Assembly (NCBI RefSeq): GCF_964204645.1
Contig: NC_134036.1
Location: 8,098,812-8,162,811 of the forward strand
DNA length: 64,000 nt
Direction: 5' to 3'
From: Tubulanus polymorphus
Taxonomy: Eukaryota > Animalia > Nemertea
The number at the start of each line of letters is the position of its first letter. Position 1 is the first letter of the stretch. Position numbers and translations under genes: made by a program. Below the pieces are notes generated by a model. That model made no database searches. It saw only the letters and a list, made by a program, of their open reading frames with translations, and was not told where the DNA came from. Shown piece by piece: positions 38,883 through 49,166 of this stretch.

Positions 38883-39236
38883 ATGGAGAGTAAACAAGCA
38901 CACAGTGAGAACAACAAATTATTTCTAGATAGAATAAAAGATACTACAAATGTAAAATCTGTAGATTATAAATTCAAAAAGTTAACAGAATTAACAATCC
39001 ATAAGAAATATCTAATTACAAATATTGATACAGTTACTAATAACTATGGAGATAAATTAGTTATACACTTAGAATATGAAGGATTAAAAGGAAATACATA
39101 TAAATTCAGAACATATTTACCGGATAGATTTCATAGATTATCAAGTGAAGATTTAGAAGAATTATGTTCTGGTGATTTCTATTTCGTATACAAAGGTAAG
39201 AATGAAAAAGGTCACCATGAAATAGATTTCGAATGA
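38883..39236 (+). CDS. 117-aa viral protein, possible OB-fold ssDNA-binding protein
   Basis: Present in all copies and directly follows pPolB. Beta-rich with an acidic/aromatic tail (EIDFE). The function is inferred. Confidence 0.7.
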   Translation: MESKQAHSENNKLFLDRIKDTTNVKSVDYKFKKLTELTIHKKYLITNIDTVTNNYGDKLVIHLEYEGLKGNTYKFRTYLPDRFHRLSSEDLEELCSGDFYFVYKGKNEKGHHEIDFE

Positions 39237-39253
39237 GAAAATATGTAAAATAA

Positions 39254-40012
39254 ATGGTAGAATTAAAAGAATACAGAATATTTGTAGATTCTAGAAAACT
39301 TACAAATTATAAATCACATAATTTATTAGTACAATTAGATAGAGAATTTAAGAATTGTGTTGATTTGAAATTAGTAAATATAAGTTTATGTAATTCTTTT
39401 TATAATATATCGAATAAAACTGTTGAACATAGAGCCTTTTTAATTCTTGATAAAAATAAAAATGAATGGGCCTATATATATTTAAAACCGGGGTTATATA
39501 ATTTAGATACATTGGCACAAGAAATTAATAGAAAAGCCTGGCACAAGTCAGGTAATAATTCCGGGTTTAATATTAGATTTTTAAAAAGTGAGAGTTCTAA
39601 CAAAATAAAGATAAGGTTGGCTGATATTGAAAAACATAAGTTTATGGTAAAAAGACCTATAGCTAAACTGTTAGGAATTCCTCCAGATAAATCTTTTACA
39701 AATACTGAAGCTACACCAAACTTAATACCTTTTACACACTTTTATATTTATTGCAATTTAATCGATCCTACAAAAACATTCGAAGCAACTAAAGATATAA
39801 CTTGTAATTCTGGTTTACTAAACATTTTACCATTGAAGAATGTTAAAGAATTTGGAACGCAAATAAATTATAATTTAACAGAATGTGATTTCAAACCATG
39901 CATTCCTCGTTTTAATAATTTTCGATTAGAAATTAGAAATCATAATGGATACTTAATTGATTTAAATAATTTCCCTGTAATTTATGAATTAGTTGTAAGA
40001 TGTAGAGAGTAA
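39254..40012 (+). CDS. Putative minor capsid (penton, single jelly-roll) protein
   Basis: IFVDSR N-terminus, LKPGLYN, LLGI, FYIYCNLI, LLNILP and C-terminal LEIRNHNGYLIDLNNFPVIYEL, the pattern typical of Polinton/virophage mCP. Confidence 0.75.
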   Translation: MVELKEYRIFVDSRKLTNYKSHNLLVQLDREFKNCVDLKLVNISLCNSFYNISNKTVEHRAFLILDKNKNEWAYIYLKPGLYNLDTLAQEINRKAWHKSGNNSGFNIRFLKSESSNKIKIRLADIEKHKFMVKRPIAKLLGIPPDKSFTNTEATPNLIPFTHFYIYCNLIDPTKTFEATKDITCNSGLLNILPLKNVKEFGTQINYNLTECDFKPCIPRFNNFRLEIRNHNGYLIDLNNFPVIYELVVRCRE

Positions 40013-40027
40013 TTTTTTTCACTATAA

Positions 40028-40369
40028 ATGAATATAACTGTTGGACCGAGTATATGTTTTGGGTTTGATTTTAAACATGGTAAAGAAATGAGAATTAAAC
40101 TAAATGATGTCATTACTGATATAAAAAGTAAATCATTTAACAATGCGTCAATGATTGATAAAGAAAATTATAATATAGAAAAAGTAATTGATTTAATTAA
40201 ATCACCTTTAGAATATTATGAATTAAATGAAGATGGAATTATTGAAGATATCAAAAACATATTATCCAAAATATATGATAATCACAAAACTAGTAATGAA
40301 ATAAATGTCGAATTAATCATCACTAAGATAACTAAATATTTTGATGATAGTAATTTTTTTGATAAATAA
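40028..40369 (+). CDS. Viral hypothetical protein (113 aa)
   Basis: Homologues in copies B and D. TAAATG start. Confidence 0.75.
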   Translation: MNITVGPSICFGFDFKHGKEMRIKLNDVITDIKSKSFNNASMIDKENYNIEKVIDLIKSPLEYYELNEDGIIEDIKNILSKIYDNHKTSNEINVELIITKITKYFDDSNFFDK

Positions 40370-40591
40370 ATGAGTGATAATAAGTGGATAATAACTGGAT
40401 TATATAATGGCGCATTACTATCAGTTGGAACTGTTGGTTATTCAATGGTATTAAAAAAAGTATTCAAAATGGGAAGTGTTAATGTTGATAGATTTGATAT
40501 AAATGATATTTTAAAATTAACATTAGCTGTTACTTTTTCTAATTTAACAATTGATTATTTTGAAAAACAAAAATATATTCCTCCCATATAA
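40370..40591 (+). CDS. Small hydrophobic viral protein (73 aa)
   Basis: Two hydrophobic segments. Nearly identical at 53113-53334. Confidence 0.78.
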   Translation: MSDNKWIITGLYNGALLSVGTVGYSMVLKKVFKMGSVNVDRFDINDILKLTLAVTFSNLTIDYFEKQKYIPPI

Positions 40592-40615
40592 ATGCATAAT
40601 TTTTTTACTAAATAA

Positions 40616-41038
40616 ATGGCTTCTGCAATTATAACTATTATAGGATCGGCAATTGTCAACGCTTTAGCATTTACTGGTGGTGGTTATTTATTCAAGCATA
40701 TTGATAAAAATAGTTCATTAGGAGAACAAAGAAGACATAACTTAGCGTTAGAGAAATACAATAAAGCTGCAGGAGAATATAGAGAAAAGAGACAAAACTA
40801 TATGGATTACATCAATAAAGAATTATATGATCAGAAGATTTCACATAGAGATTTTCAATCAGTTGATGATGCAATGAGTTTATATAACGCAGTAACAAAT
40901 AAAGAAAAATTACATCTATACAAACCTAAATTATCAGATTATTATACCCCAAGTAAAGAACAACAGAAATATGAAATAATTTGGATTTTAGGTGGAACAG
41001 TTATTGTTATATTTGTTGCTTATAAGTTTACTAATTAG
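40616..41038 (+). CDS. 140-aa viral membrane protein with ExxRxNxxxE motif
   Basis: Hydrophobic Gly-rich N-terminus, EQRRHNLALE coiled segment and a C-terminal TM. Confidence 0.8.
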   Translation: MASAIITIIGSAIVNALAFTGGGYLFKHIDKNSSLGEQRRHNLALEKYNKAAGEYREKRQNYMDYINKELYDQKISHRDFQSVDDAMSLYNAVTNKEKLHLYKPKLSDYYTPSKEQQKYEIIWILGGTVIVIFVAYKFTN

Positions 41039-41057
41039 TAATTTTTATTCTAAATAA

Positions 41058-41494
41058 ATGGAAGATAAAGTTGATAGTATTGATATTATTCCTCATGATA
41101 TAAATAAAACTAAATTAAAAACATATTTAGAAAAACAAATATTAGAATTTGAAAGTGACTTAAAGATAAAAAAGAAAAAATATTTAAAAAGTAAAATTAT
41201 ATATTATTTGATTATTAGTGGTTCGGTTACAATTAGTTCTGTAATAACATTTCTAGCAATATTCAGTCCATTAACACCTTTAGCTATATCAATTGGTGTG
41301 TTAGGATTAAGTTTAAGTGTTTTAACCGGTATAAGTTCAAAATTAAATATAAAAAGTAATAAAGAAAAAATTAAAACTAATATAAAAGAAATTAATAAAT
41401 TAAAGAATACACTAGATTATTTTTAATTAGTTTAAATGGTCATATAACAGTTGAAGAACAAGATAAATTATTAAAAGAATTAATAAATTATTAA
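41058..41494 (+). pseudogene. Two-TM viral membrane protein (frameshift near 41422)
   Basis: Two hydrophobic helices flanked by basic coiled coil. The C-terminus ISLNGHITVEEQDKLLKELINY is in another frame; its equivalent is in frame in copy B. Confidence 0.75.
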
Positions 41495-41510
41495 TTTTTT
41501 TATTAAATAA

Positions 41511-42899
41511 ATGGTAGCTAGTTTTCCAAAAGCTTTCCAATATAATAAATCAATTAAATATAATATTCCAGCAATAGATTTTAATAAAGATATTACATAT
41601 AGAAATGAAGTTTTAGATTCATTAACCAATTTAGAAATTTATGTTACTGAAACTAATAATTTTAATGCAAAGATGGAAAATATATTTCATGTATATTTAA
41701 TTAATTTTAAAAAATTGAAAGATGAAAAACAATGGTTATTAAAATCTAATATGAAGTATTGGCAGAACCAATTAAATTTTGCTGTTTATTGTGCAACAAC
41801 AGGATGTGGAATAAGTTGGAATGATCATTTGAATAATTCTAAATATAAACTAATTCAAAGTTTATTTAGATTTCATACATACTTTCAAATCAGAATAATA
41901 TTAAATGAATTAGAGTGCGTTTTACCAGGATCAAGATATTTTAAAGAATTAGATAATAATATTAATTTATCAAAGTTTTATAAAATTTGCAATGAATTTA
42001 ATATAGATATAAATAATTCTGATTTTAGAACAAAAATTGGAACAATAAGATCACTTCCTTGCCCTAAAAAGGTTGCAGAATATTGTGCACTTCCCATACC
42101 ATCTAATAGCTTTTATAATATCTATAATAATAAATTAGGTTATGGTAAAATAGAAACAAAGGATTTAGAAACATTAAATTTCAATAAATTACCGAAATTT
42201 TATGATAATTTAAAACAAGAAAACAATAATGGTTGGGTTTATTTTATTTTAGAAAATAGTGAAGGTTTTACTAAATCAGGTATACAAAGAATAAATCAAT
42301 CTATTAGAACTTATTTGATATGTATTTTAGGTGCACAAGTTGAAACAAGATCACCGATAATTGGAAATTTAAATACATCATTTGATACACAGAAACAATT
42401 TAAAGTTTTATTTGAAGATTCCATTCATAATGATAAAAATAGATCGATTCCAGAAAACATTATAAGATATCAAAATTATTTAGATAAATCTCATGTAAGA
42501 CTAAATTATTGCATAGGCCCTAATCTATTAATTATTTCTAATGATTTGGTATTAAAGATGGGAAACATAATTGGTTACAATAATCTAATTAAAACTGCAA
42601 CAATAAATAATTCATTTGGATTAAATGATATAAATAAAAAGATTATTACTGCTCCAAAATTAATGGAAGGTGAAAAAAATAAAAAACATATTCAATCAAC
42701 AAAAACTAAAACTAATAATATTAAATGAAATAATGATTCTAAAATAAAAGATTATAATACATCAGAAGATATAAAAACTGATATTATTCAACATGATATA
42801 ATTAAACTAAATGATGATAATAAATCCCATGAAAATACTAAATTAGCTATAACTTGTATAGGAATTGTAATCGGAGGAATATTATATTTTAAATTTTAA
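41511..42899 (+). CDS. Conserved viral protein (WQNQLNFAVYCATTGCG motif) with C-terminal TM (frameshift near 42726)
   Basis: 405-aa ORF plus an out-of-frame tail ending KLAITCIGIVIGGILYFKF. The tail is in frame in copy B (8927-9274). Confidence 0.78.
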
Positions 42900-42915
42900 T
42901 TTTTTTATTATGTAA

Positions 42916-44578
42916 ATGGATGTAGAAGGTGGAGAAGATATTGGAATGGATACTTTTGATGAACCCAGCATAACTGAAGAACAACCGCCTGATTTTAGTG
43001 AAACAAGTTTTAATGATGATAATGAGCCAGAATATAATACTAATTTAGGTGATGATTATGATGATGATTATGATGATCCCGAATTACGTGAAAAATTTAA
43101 AGAATATATAAAATATACCGGAAGGTTAGTTAATAGAACCACAATATCTAGAAATGATTTAATGGAAAGATTAGAAAATACAACTGATCCTGATATGAAA
43201 TATCAATTAAAATTAATAAAAAATAGTGTAATATATACAGTTGTTAACGAATTATTACCAAAAGATGAAATAGATGAAATTGATACTAAAGGTGTAGTAG
43301 AACAAATTTTAAAAGATGACCCATTTTTAATGAATAATTTAGAATTTAAAGATGATTCATGGCATTATAATCTTGAATTAAATAACAAAAATATATCAAT
43401 TCAATTATCTAGAAAGGATCAAGAAAATCTTTATGAACCTGAAATGCGAGCAAGAAATACAATTGAACGTTCGAAAGGTGGTAGAGAATTTCTCAGAATT
43501 ATATGGAATGCAATCAATAGAATAAATGAAGAAAAACCAATTCCTAAAATTGATATTAACAAATATTCACCATTTGAAAATCCAAATTTAAATCCTCCGG
43601 ATTTTGATCCAGAAATGGAAGATCATAGAGATCGATTAGATAAATTAAGATCTTCAACACCCGAAACATCGAGAAGAGATATTCAACAAATTGATAATGA
43701 TTCAAGTCAATTACAAGTAGTAAAACATTTTGATAAAATGTTTGATACAATTCATTCATTTGACGAAGAGATGAATAGTATTTTAGATACTGAAACTAGA
43801 ATAAATCGAATACAATCTTTACTAGAAAAAGGATTGCTTGATTTAACTGATGATGAATTAGAAGCATTTCCTGAACAAGCACGTAGAGAAATTAAAGGTA
43901 TGCAAGAATCAGCTGGTGAAATTGCTAATATTAAGATGAGATTTTCTAAAATAACCATGTTAGAAAAAGAATTAACTGATGCAAATGAAGAATTAAAACA
44001 ATTAGAATTAAATAGAGATCTTCAAGCTGATTATGAAAGCAGAAAGTTAGCTTTAGAAAAAGAAATAGATGATTTAGAATATAACATAAAATTACAAAAA
44101 GAAGAAAGAGATACATTATTAAAATCATATGATCTTAATCATATTAAAAAAATTAAAAGTTATTTTTAAAGATTTGTTGATTGAACCAGATTCTGAAATA
44201 TCATTGAAAGATAGAATAAAATTATTATTTAAGTCAGAAGGAATAACAATTCTTTTAATTCTAACAGCTGTAACTATGTTATTTACAACAATTGGTTTAG
44301 CTATATCAAATGGTTTGAAATCTACTCCTACTCCCACTCCCAATAAACGAGATAAACCCCCAGGTAATAATTCTATACAAGATAAAGTTAAAGATGGTTT
44401 AAAGAAATTAGCAAAATATTTATGGGAACTATCTAAAAAATCTGCTGCAGCTTTACCTGGAGTTATTGCATCAATTGTTGGTTTTATATTGAAATCTGCA
44501 GGAAACATTATTAACTTTGCTGCTGAACATATTATTTTATTTTTAATAACTGTTGTAAGTGCTATTATTTTTGGGTAG
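42916..44578 (+). pseudogene. Acidic/coiled-coil protein with C-terminal TMs (frameshift in A-run at ~44146)
   Basis: The 417-aa and 149-aa ORFs correspond to one continuous frame in copy A (LLKSYDYNINRLKVIFKDLL). Confidence 0.82.
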
Positions 44579-44647
44579 GTAAATATGATATCAAAAAATA
44601 TCAAGTAAACCTGATACAAAATAAATAATTAATTTATTGTTAAATAA

Positions 44648-45895
44648 ATGAGTGGGAGTTATATCAATCCTTCTAAGAATCATAGAATATCTAATGCTAT
44701 TAAAGCAGAAAGATCACATCGTATAATTACTCATAACCCTTCAAATATTAATCCCGATGAAACTTTATATGTTAGAATTCCTAGATTAACACAAAATACT
44801 TTTTATGTTCCAAATAGTATTTATTTATCAGCCGATATAAAAGTAATCGGTAATAATAATAATTATGTTGTTGATAATGTTGGTAGATATTTGATTAAAA
44901 AGTTAACAATAAAGATTGGTCCAGAAACAGTTTTCTCATTAGATGATTATAATTTATTTATGCATAATAAAGATTTATGGTTAACTAAAGAAAATAGAAA
45001 TAATATGATATTTCAAGGCATCCAATCAGAAAACCAAAATAAATTAAGATCAGAAGCTAATAGCGCAATATTAACTAATGCTGTAGATAAATTGATAAAA
45101 AGTATATATGGAAGCAAATATAAAATTCCATTAGATTTTGAATTGATAAATAATAATGCACCTTTATATAAATACGCAATTCAAGAAGATATTATATTCG
45201 AAATAACGTTTGCTCCTGTAAATGAAATTGTATTATCTAGCGTTGTTAAAGATATGAGTTATAAATTATCGAATATATGTTTAGAATATGATACAGTAAC
45301 TGTTGAAAATATTTCAAGTATAATTCAAACTCAATACAATCAAGGATTTTCATTATTATATGATTATATTGATAAATTTAAAACCGTAACTATTAATGCA
45401 AATGATGAAATAATTAATGAGAATATTAACTTCCCAAGAAGATCTATTAAAGGCATATTAATATTTTTTACCATTGCAACATATACTAATGGCGCAATAA
45501 ATGTTGATAATTATTATAATCCTGAAATAACAAAAGTAGAAATAACTATCGAAGGAATAGCAAATAAAATATTTTGTCAAGGAATGAGAATGATTGATCA
45601 ATGGCCAGAAATTAGAAAACATTTTATGAATGAAAAAGTAAAATCATCTGAAAATTGTAACATTAATCAAATTGATTATTATACCGGTAATAAATACGCA
45701 TTATGGTTAGATTTTAGAACAACAGAGGATAATTCATTACATGGTTCTGGAAAAAAATTACAGAACACTAAAGATGGAATACAATTATTCATGACAAAGA
45801 ATAAAGGAATCAAAAATTTTAAAATGCACATTTATATCATATCAGACGCGCAATTAAATATTGTAAATTCACAATTAGATAGTGTTATGTATTAA
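44648..45895 (+). CDS. Putative double jelly-roll major capsid protein (intact)
   Basis: 415 aa, nearly identical to 974-2221. Confidence 0.72.
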   Translation: MSGSYINPSKNHRISNAIKAERSHRIITHNPSNINPDETLYVRIPRLTQNTFYVPNSIYLSADIKVIGNNNNYVVDNVGRYLIKKLTIKIGPETVFSLDDYNLFMHNKDLWLTKENRNNMIFQGIQSENQNKLRSEANSAILTNAVDKLIKSIYGSKYKIPLDFELINNNAPLYKYAIQEDIIFEITFAPVNEIVLSSVVKDMSYKLSNICLEYDTVTVENISSIIQTQYNQGFSLLYDYIDKFKTVTINANDEIINENINFPRRSIKGILIFFTIATYTNGAINVDNYYNPEITKVEITIEGIANKIFCQGMRMIDQWPEIRKHFMNEKVKSSENCNINQIDYYTGNKYALWLDFRTTEDNSLHGSGKKLQNTKDGIQLFMTKNKGIKNFKMHIYIISDAQLNIVNSQLDSVMY

Positions 45896-45927
45896 AATTT
45901 TAACTCTAATAAAAATATATATAATAA

Positions 45928-47034
45928 ATGGAAGGAGGTAAAGTATATAAACATATTCCATACAACGATACACATGAAAATAATGATGGTTTATATTATA
46001 TAATACCTTGTAATATAGCTTTGATATTTGATCCTATTTTCAAAATTTATAAAACTAAACTAATAGAAATCGATAATAATAAAAGTGAAGTTGTTGATAA
46101 TTTAAGTAATGTAATTGATAATAATGTAATACCTACTACAGTAATACCTACTACATCTAATAATGATAAGATTGAACCTGATATCAAAACCAAAAAGACA
46201 AATGAAAAATATTGTGATGTATGTAAGAAATATATATCATATAAAAATTGGGCATCACATAAGAAATCAAATAAACATATAGAAAAAGAAAAGTATAATA
46301 ATGATAATAATATATCTGATAATAATATAATAGATAATATCATAGATAATGTTAATACAATTGAAACAAATGATACCATAGATAATATAACAGATAATGT
46401 TGATACAATTGAAACTAATGATAATGAAACAATTGATGATTCTAAAAAACTTTGTAACATTTGTAATTTAGATATTTCTAAAAGTAATTTTTCTAAACAT
46501 AAACAATCTCAAGCGCATATCGAAAATGAAAAGAAATTAGAAGAAATAGAAAGAAATAAAATGTGTCAATATTGTAATAAGAAAATTGAACCTGTTGATG
46601 AAAATACTCATTATAAATCAAAGTTACATCTAATTAATGTTTATAAAATGGTGAGTATGATACCATTGTTAAATAACCCAGAGAAATATATCAAATATTT
46701 CAATCCTAAAACTAACCAATATTATATATTCTATAAGTTGTTATTTGATAAATTATTAGCTTATGCAGAAGATAATCCTAAACAAATATATAAATTATTA
46801 TATTTAAGAAAAATAGATTTAAATTATCTGATAACTAATTTTGGATATCATTTTGATTTTGATTATGATGATTTTGATGAATACTTAGAAAAATTAAGAG
46901 AAAAAGCTAATTTACCTACTAATAATTATGTTAAGATGGCTCAATTAAAATTAATAAATCTACCTAAGACTTTTGGTGAATTAGATATAAACAGAGATGA
47001 TTTTATAAATATATTAGAAACAAAATTAGAATAA
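45928..47034 (+). CDS. Viral protein with three C2H2 (matrin/U1-like) zinc fingers
   Basis: CDVC..HKKSNKH, CNIC..HKQSQAH and CQYC..HYKSKLH, separated by D/N/T-rich linkers. Confidence 0.82.
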   Translation: MEGGKVYKHIPYNDTHENNDGLYYIIPCNIALIFDPIFKIYKTKLIEIDNNKSEVVDNLSNVIDNNVIPTTVIPTTSNNDKIEPDIKTKKTNEKYCDVCKKYISYKNWASHKKSNKHIEKEKYNNDNNISDNNIIDNIIDNVNTIETNDTIDNITDNVDTIETNDNETIDDSKKLCNICNLDISKSNFSKHKQSQAHIENEKKLEEIERNKMCQYCNKKIEPVDENTHYKSKLHLINVYKMVSMIPLLNNPEKYIKYFNPKTNQYYIFYKLLFDKLLAYAEDNPKQIYKLLYLRKIDLNYLITNFGYHFDFDYDDFDEYLEKLREKANLPTNNYVKMAQLKLINLPKTFGELDINRDDFINILETKLE

Positions 47035-47037
47035 TTG

Positions 47038-47450
47038 TTATAAAACTAATTTATATAACTATATACTAGACGTACGTAAGAATCTTGGTAAGAATCCAAG
47101 AATCCAAGAAATCTTACTTTCTTGGCAAGAATCTTACTTTCTTACTCGTACGTCTAGTACATAGATATATAATTTAGTTTTCATAAAAATTAAAAACATA
47201 AAATTATTAATCTAAGTATAGAAATAGTTATAATATAATCTATTTTTATTTTTATTAAGAGAAAACATATAATTTATTCATTTTTATAATTTAAATTTAG
47301 AATAATTATTATAAAACTAATTTATATATCTATATACTAGACGTACGTAAGAATTCTTACCAAGATTCTTACTTTCTTACTTTCTTAGCAAGAATCTTAC
47401 TTTCTTACTCGTACGTCTAGTACATAGATATATAATTTAGTTTCTATAAT
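47038..47450. repeat. Two direct copies of a ~140-bp palindrome between the convergent gene blocks
   Basis: AAACTAATTTATATA.CTATATACTAGACGTACG..CGTACGTCTAGTACATAGATATATAATTTAGTTT at ~47043-47180 and ~47313-47443, with AAGAATC/TTCTTAC minirepeats in the loops. Confidence 0.9.
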
Positions 47451-47480
47451 ATTCCAAATTATAAATTTTATTTTATAAAT

Positions 47481-48076
47481 TTATATTTTATATGGAAATT
47501 GTAATCTCAGTAATAATTTTGAACCTTTATTATTCTTTAATTTATTTATATATTCATCATGTAATTCAGTAGGTATAATTTGATTTTCTTCCAATGATTG
47601 TTGCATAGATTTTTTATCTTTATTATAAAATAAAACTAGAAATCTTATATTCTCCCTAAAGTCTTTAACAATTGAATTATATTTTTGATTTAAAACCCAT
47701 GTTGTTATCCCAAAATGTCTCCCAGAGAAAGCTAAATAACATAACTCACTTTCTCTAACTTTTGAATCATGTAAATTTGCGCAATCATCTATAATGAATA
47801 ATGTATTTGATCCTTTATAAGTATCAATTGCTATTTTAATACAATTATCTAAATTTTCTTTCACTGTTTTAGGATCTAATATAATAAACTTTTTTATTTT
47901 AAATCTCTATTATATGTTTTATTCATTTCATAAGTAGGACAGAATAATATTATATTATCAAAATGATTCTTATAAATAGTTTCTAACAAATCTAATATGA
48001 AATGTGTTTTACCACAATTGGTTACTCCAGTTATTAACATATTATGCGGTTCAAATATAAATGAATCTTTATTCAT
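47481..48076 (-). pseudogene. A32/FtsK-type packaging ATPase, frameshifted near 47895
   Basis: Walker A (GVTNCGKT) and Walker B (FIIDD) lie in different frames. The intact homologue is at 2923-3531. Confidence 0.9.
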
Positions 48077-49160
48077 TTATTCTTTTAATTTTACTAGATA
48101 AAATCCATTCATTAAATTTATCATCATATCCTTTATATTTCACCAAAGAATACTTTTTTCCTTTAAGAGTTTTTGTTTTCAATACTTTTTCTATTTTGTA
48201 TTCTATTTCATCTGGATTTGGTACAAGTGATAATTCTTGTTCATAGAAATAACCTAATATTTCTTCATCTTTTAGATCTTCTAGTTTATAAACAAAAGGT
48301 TTAGTTAATATTATCTTTTTAATCTTGAATATTTCTTCTGTAAAATTTGGGGTATAACCTTTATAAAATGTTTTTCTATATTTAGATATTCTTACGTGTT
48401 GTCCTATTTTAAATTTAGGTTCTCCGAAATCATGCGCAACAAACGCGCCATATAAATTATTCCAAACTATTTCTGAATTATCTTCTTTTCTAGCTTGTAT
48501 AGGTTTCATATTTATAGAACTATGTTTAGAATTATTATAACCTTTCACTAAATCATCTAACACATTGATATATTTATATGTTTCATTAGCAGTAAAATAT
48601 TTCCACATTCTAGATTTCAATGTTTTATTAAATCTTTCTATAATAGATGCTTTTTTATCTGAGTGTGTTGAAAAATATTCTACATCGTTATCAGATAATA
48701 GTTTTTTTAAATGTTTGTTATAAAATTCCTTACCTTCATCAAATTGTATCTTATCTGGAATAGCTTCTTTAAATATTGATTTAAAAGCATTTGTTACTTC
48801 TATTCCAGTTTTATTTTTGATTGGAATTGACCATGCGTATCGACTGAATATGTCTATAACATTCAGTATCCAGAAATATCCTTTGCTGTATTCCTCTAAG
48901 TTCTTCATGTCAATTAAATCTGCTTGCCATTGTTGATCGATATATGAAACCATAACTTTTCTCGTTAAATAAGTTTTATCCATTTTCTTGTGGATTTGAT
49001 ATGTTGGTTGATTTTGTAACCATGATTTTAATACACTATATTTTATATCACCATTTTCATTATCAGATTTAATTTTATTCCATAATTCTGAAACGTTAGA
49101 ATATGATACTTCACTTTCTGGGTTATAATATAAATCTCTTAAATATTGTTCTTTTTTCAT
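48069..49160 (-). CDS. Retroviral-type (rve) integrase with C-terminal chromodomain (intact)
   Basis: DDE triad WQADLID / IQFDEGKEF / IIERFNKTLK, then YNNSKHSSI and chromodomain YKIEKVL..LVKYKGYDDKFNEWI. Confidence 0.95.
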   Translation of the reverse strand: MKKEQYLRDLYYNPESEVSYSNVSELWNKIKSDNENGDIKYSVLKSWLQNQPTYQIHKKMDKTYLTRKVMVSYIDQQWQADLIDMKNLEEYSKGYFWILNVIDIFSRYAWSIPIKNKTGIEVTNAFKSIFKEAIPDKIQFDEGKEFYNKHLKKLLSDNDVEYFSTHSDKKASIIERFNKTLKSRMWKYFTANETYKYINVLDDLVKGYNNSKHSSINMKPIQARKEDNSEIVWNNLYGAFVAHDFGEPKFKIGQHVRISKYRKTFYKGYTPNFTEEIFKIKKIILTKPFVYKLEDLKDEEILGYFYEQELSLVPNPDEIEYKIEKVLKTKTLKGKKYSLVKYKGYDDKFNEWILSSKIKRINE

Positions 49161-49166
49161 CTTCTT

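Noticed and set aside
46047-46460. Hydrophobic Ser/Leu/Ile-rich minus-strand ORF
   Set aside because: It is the antisense reading of the D/N/T-rich linker of the zinc-finger gene.
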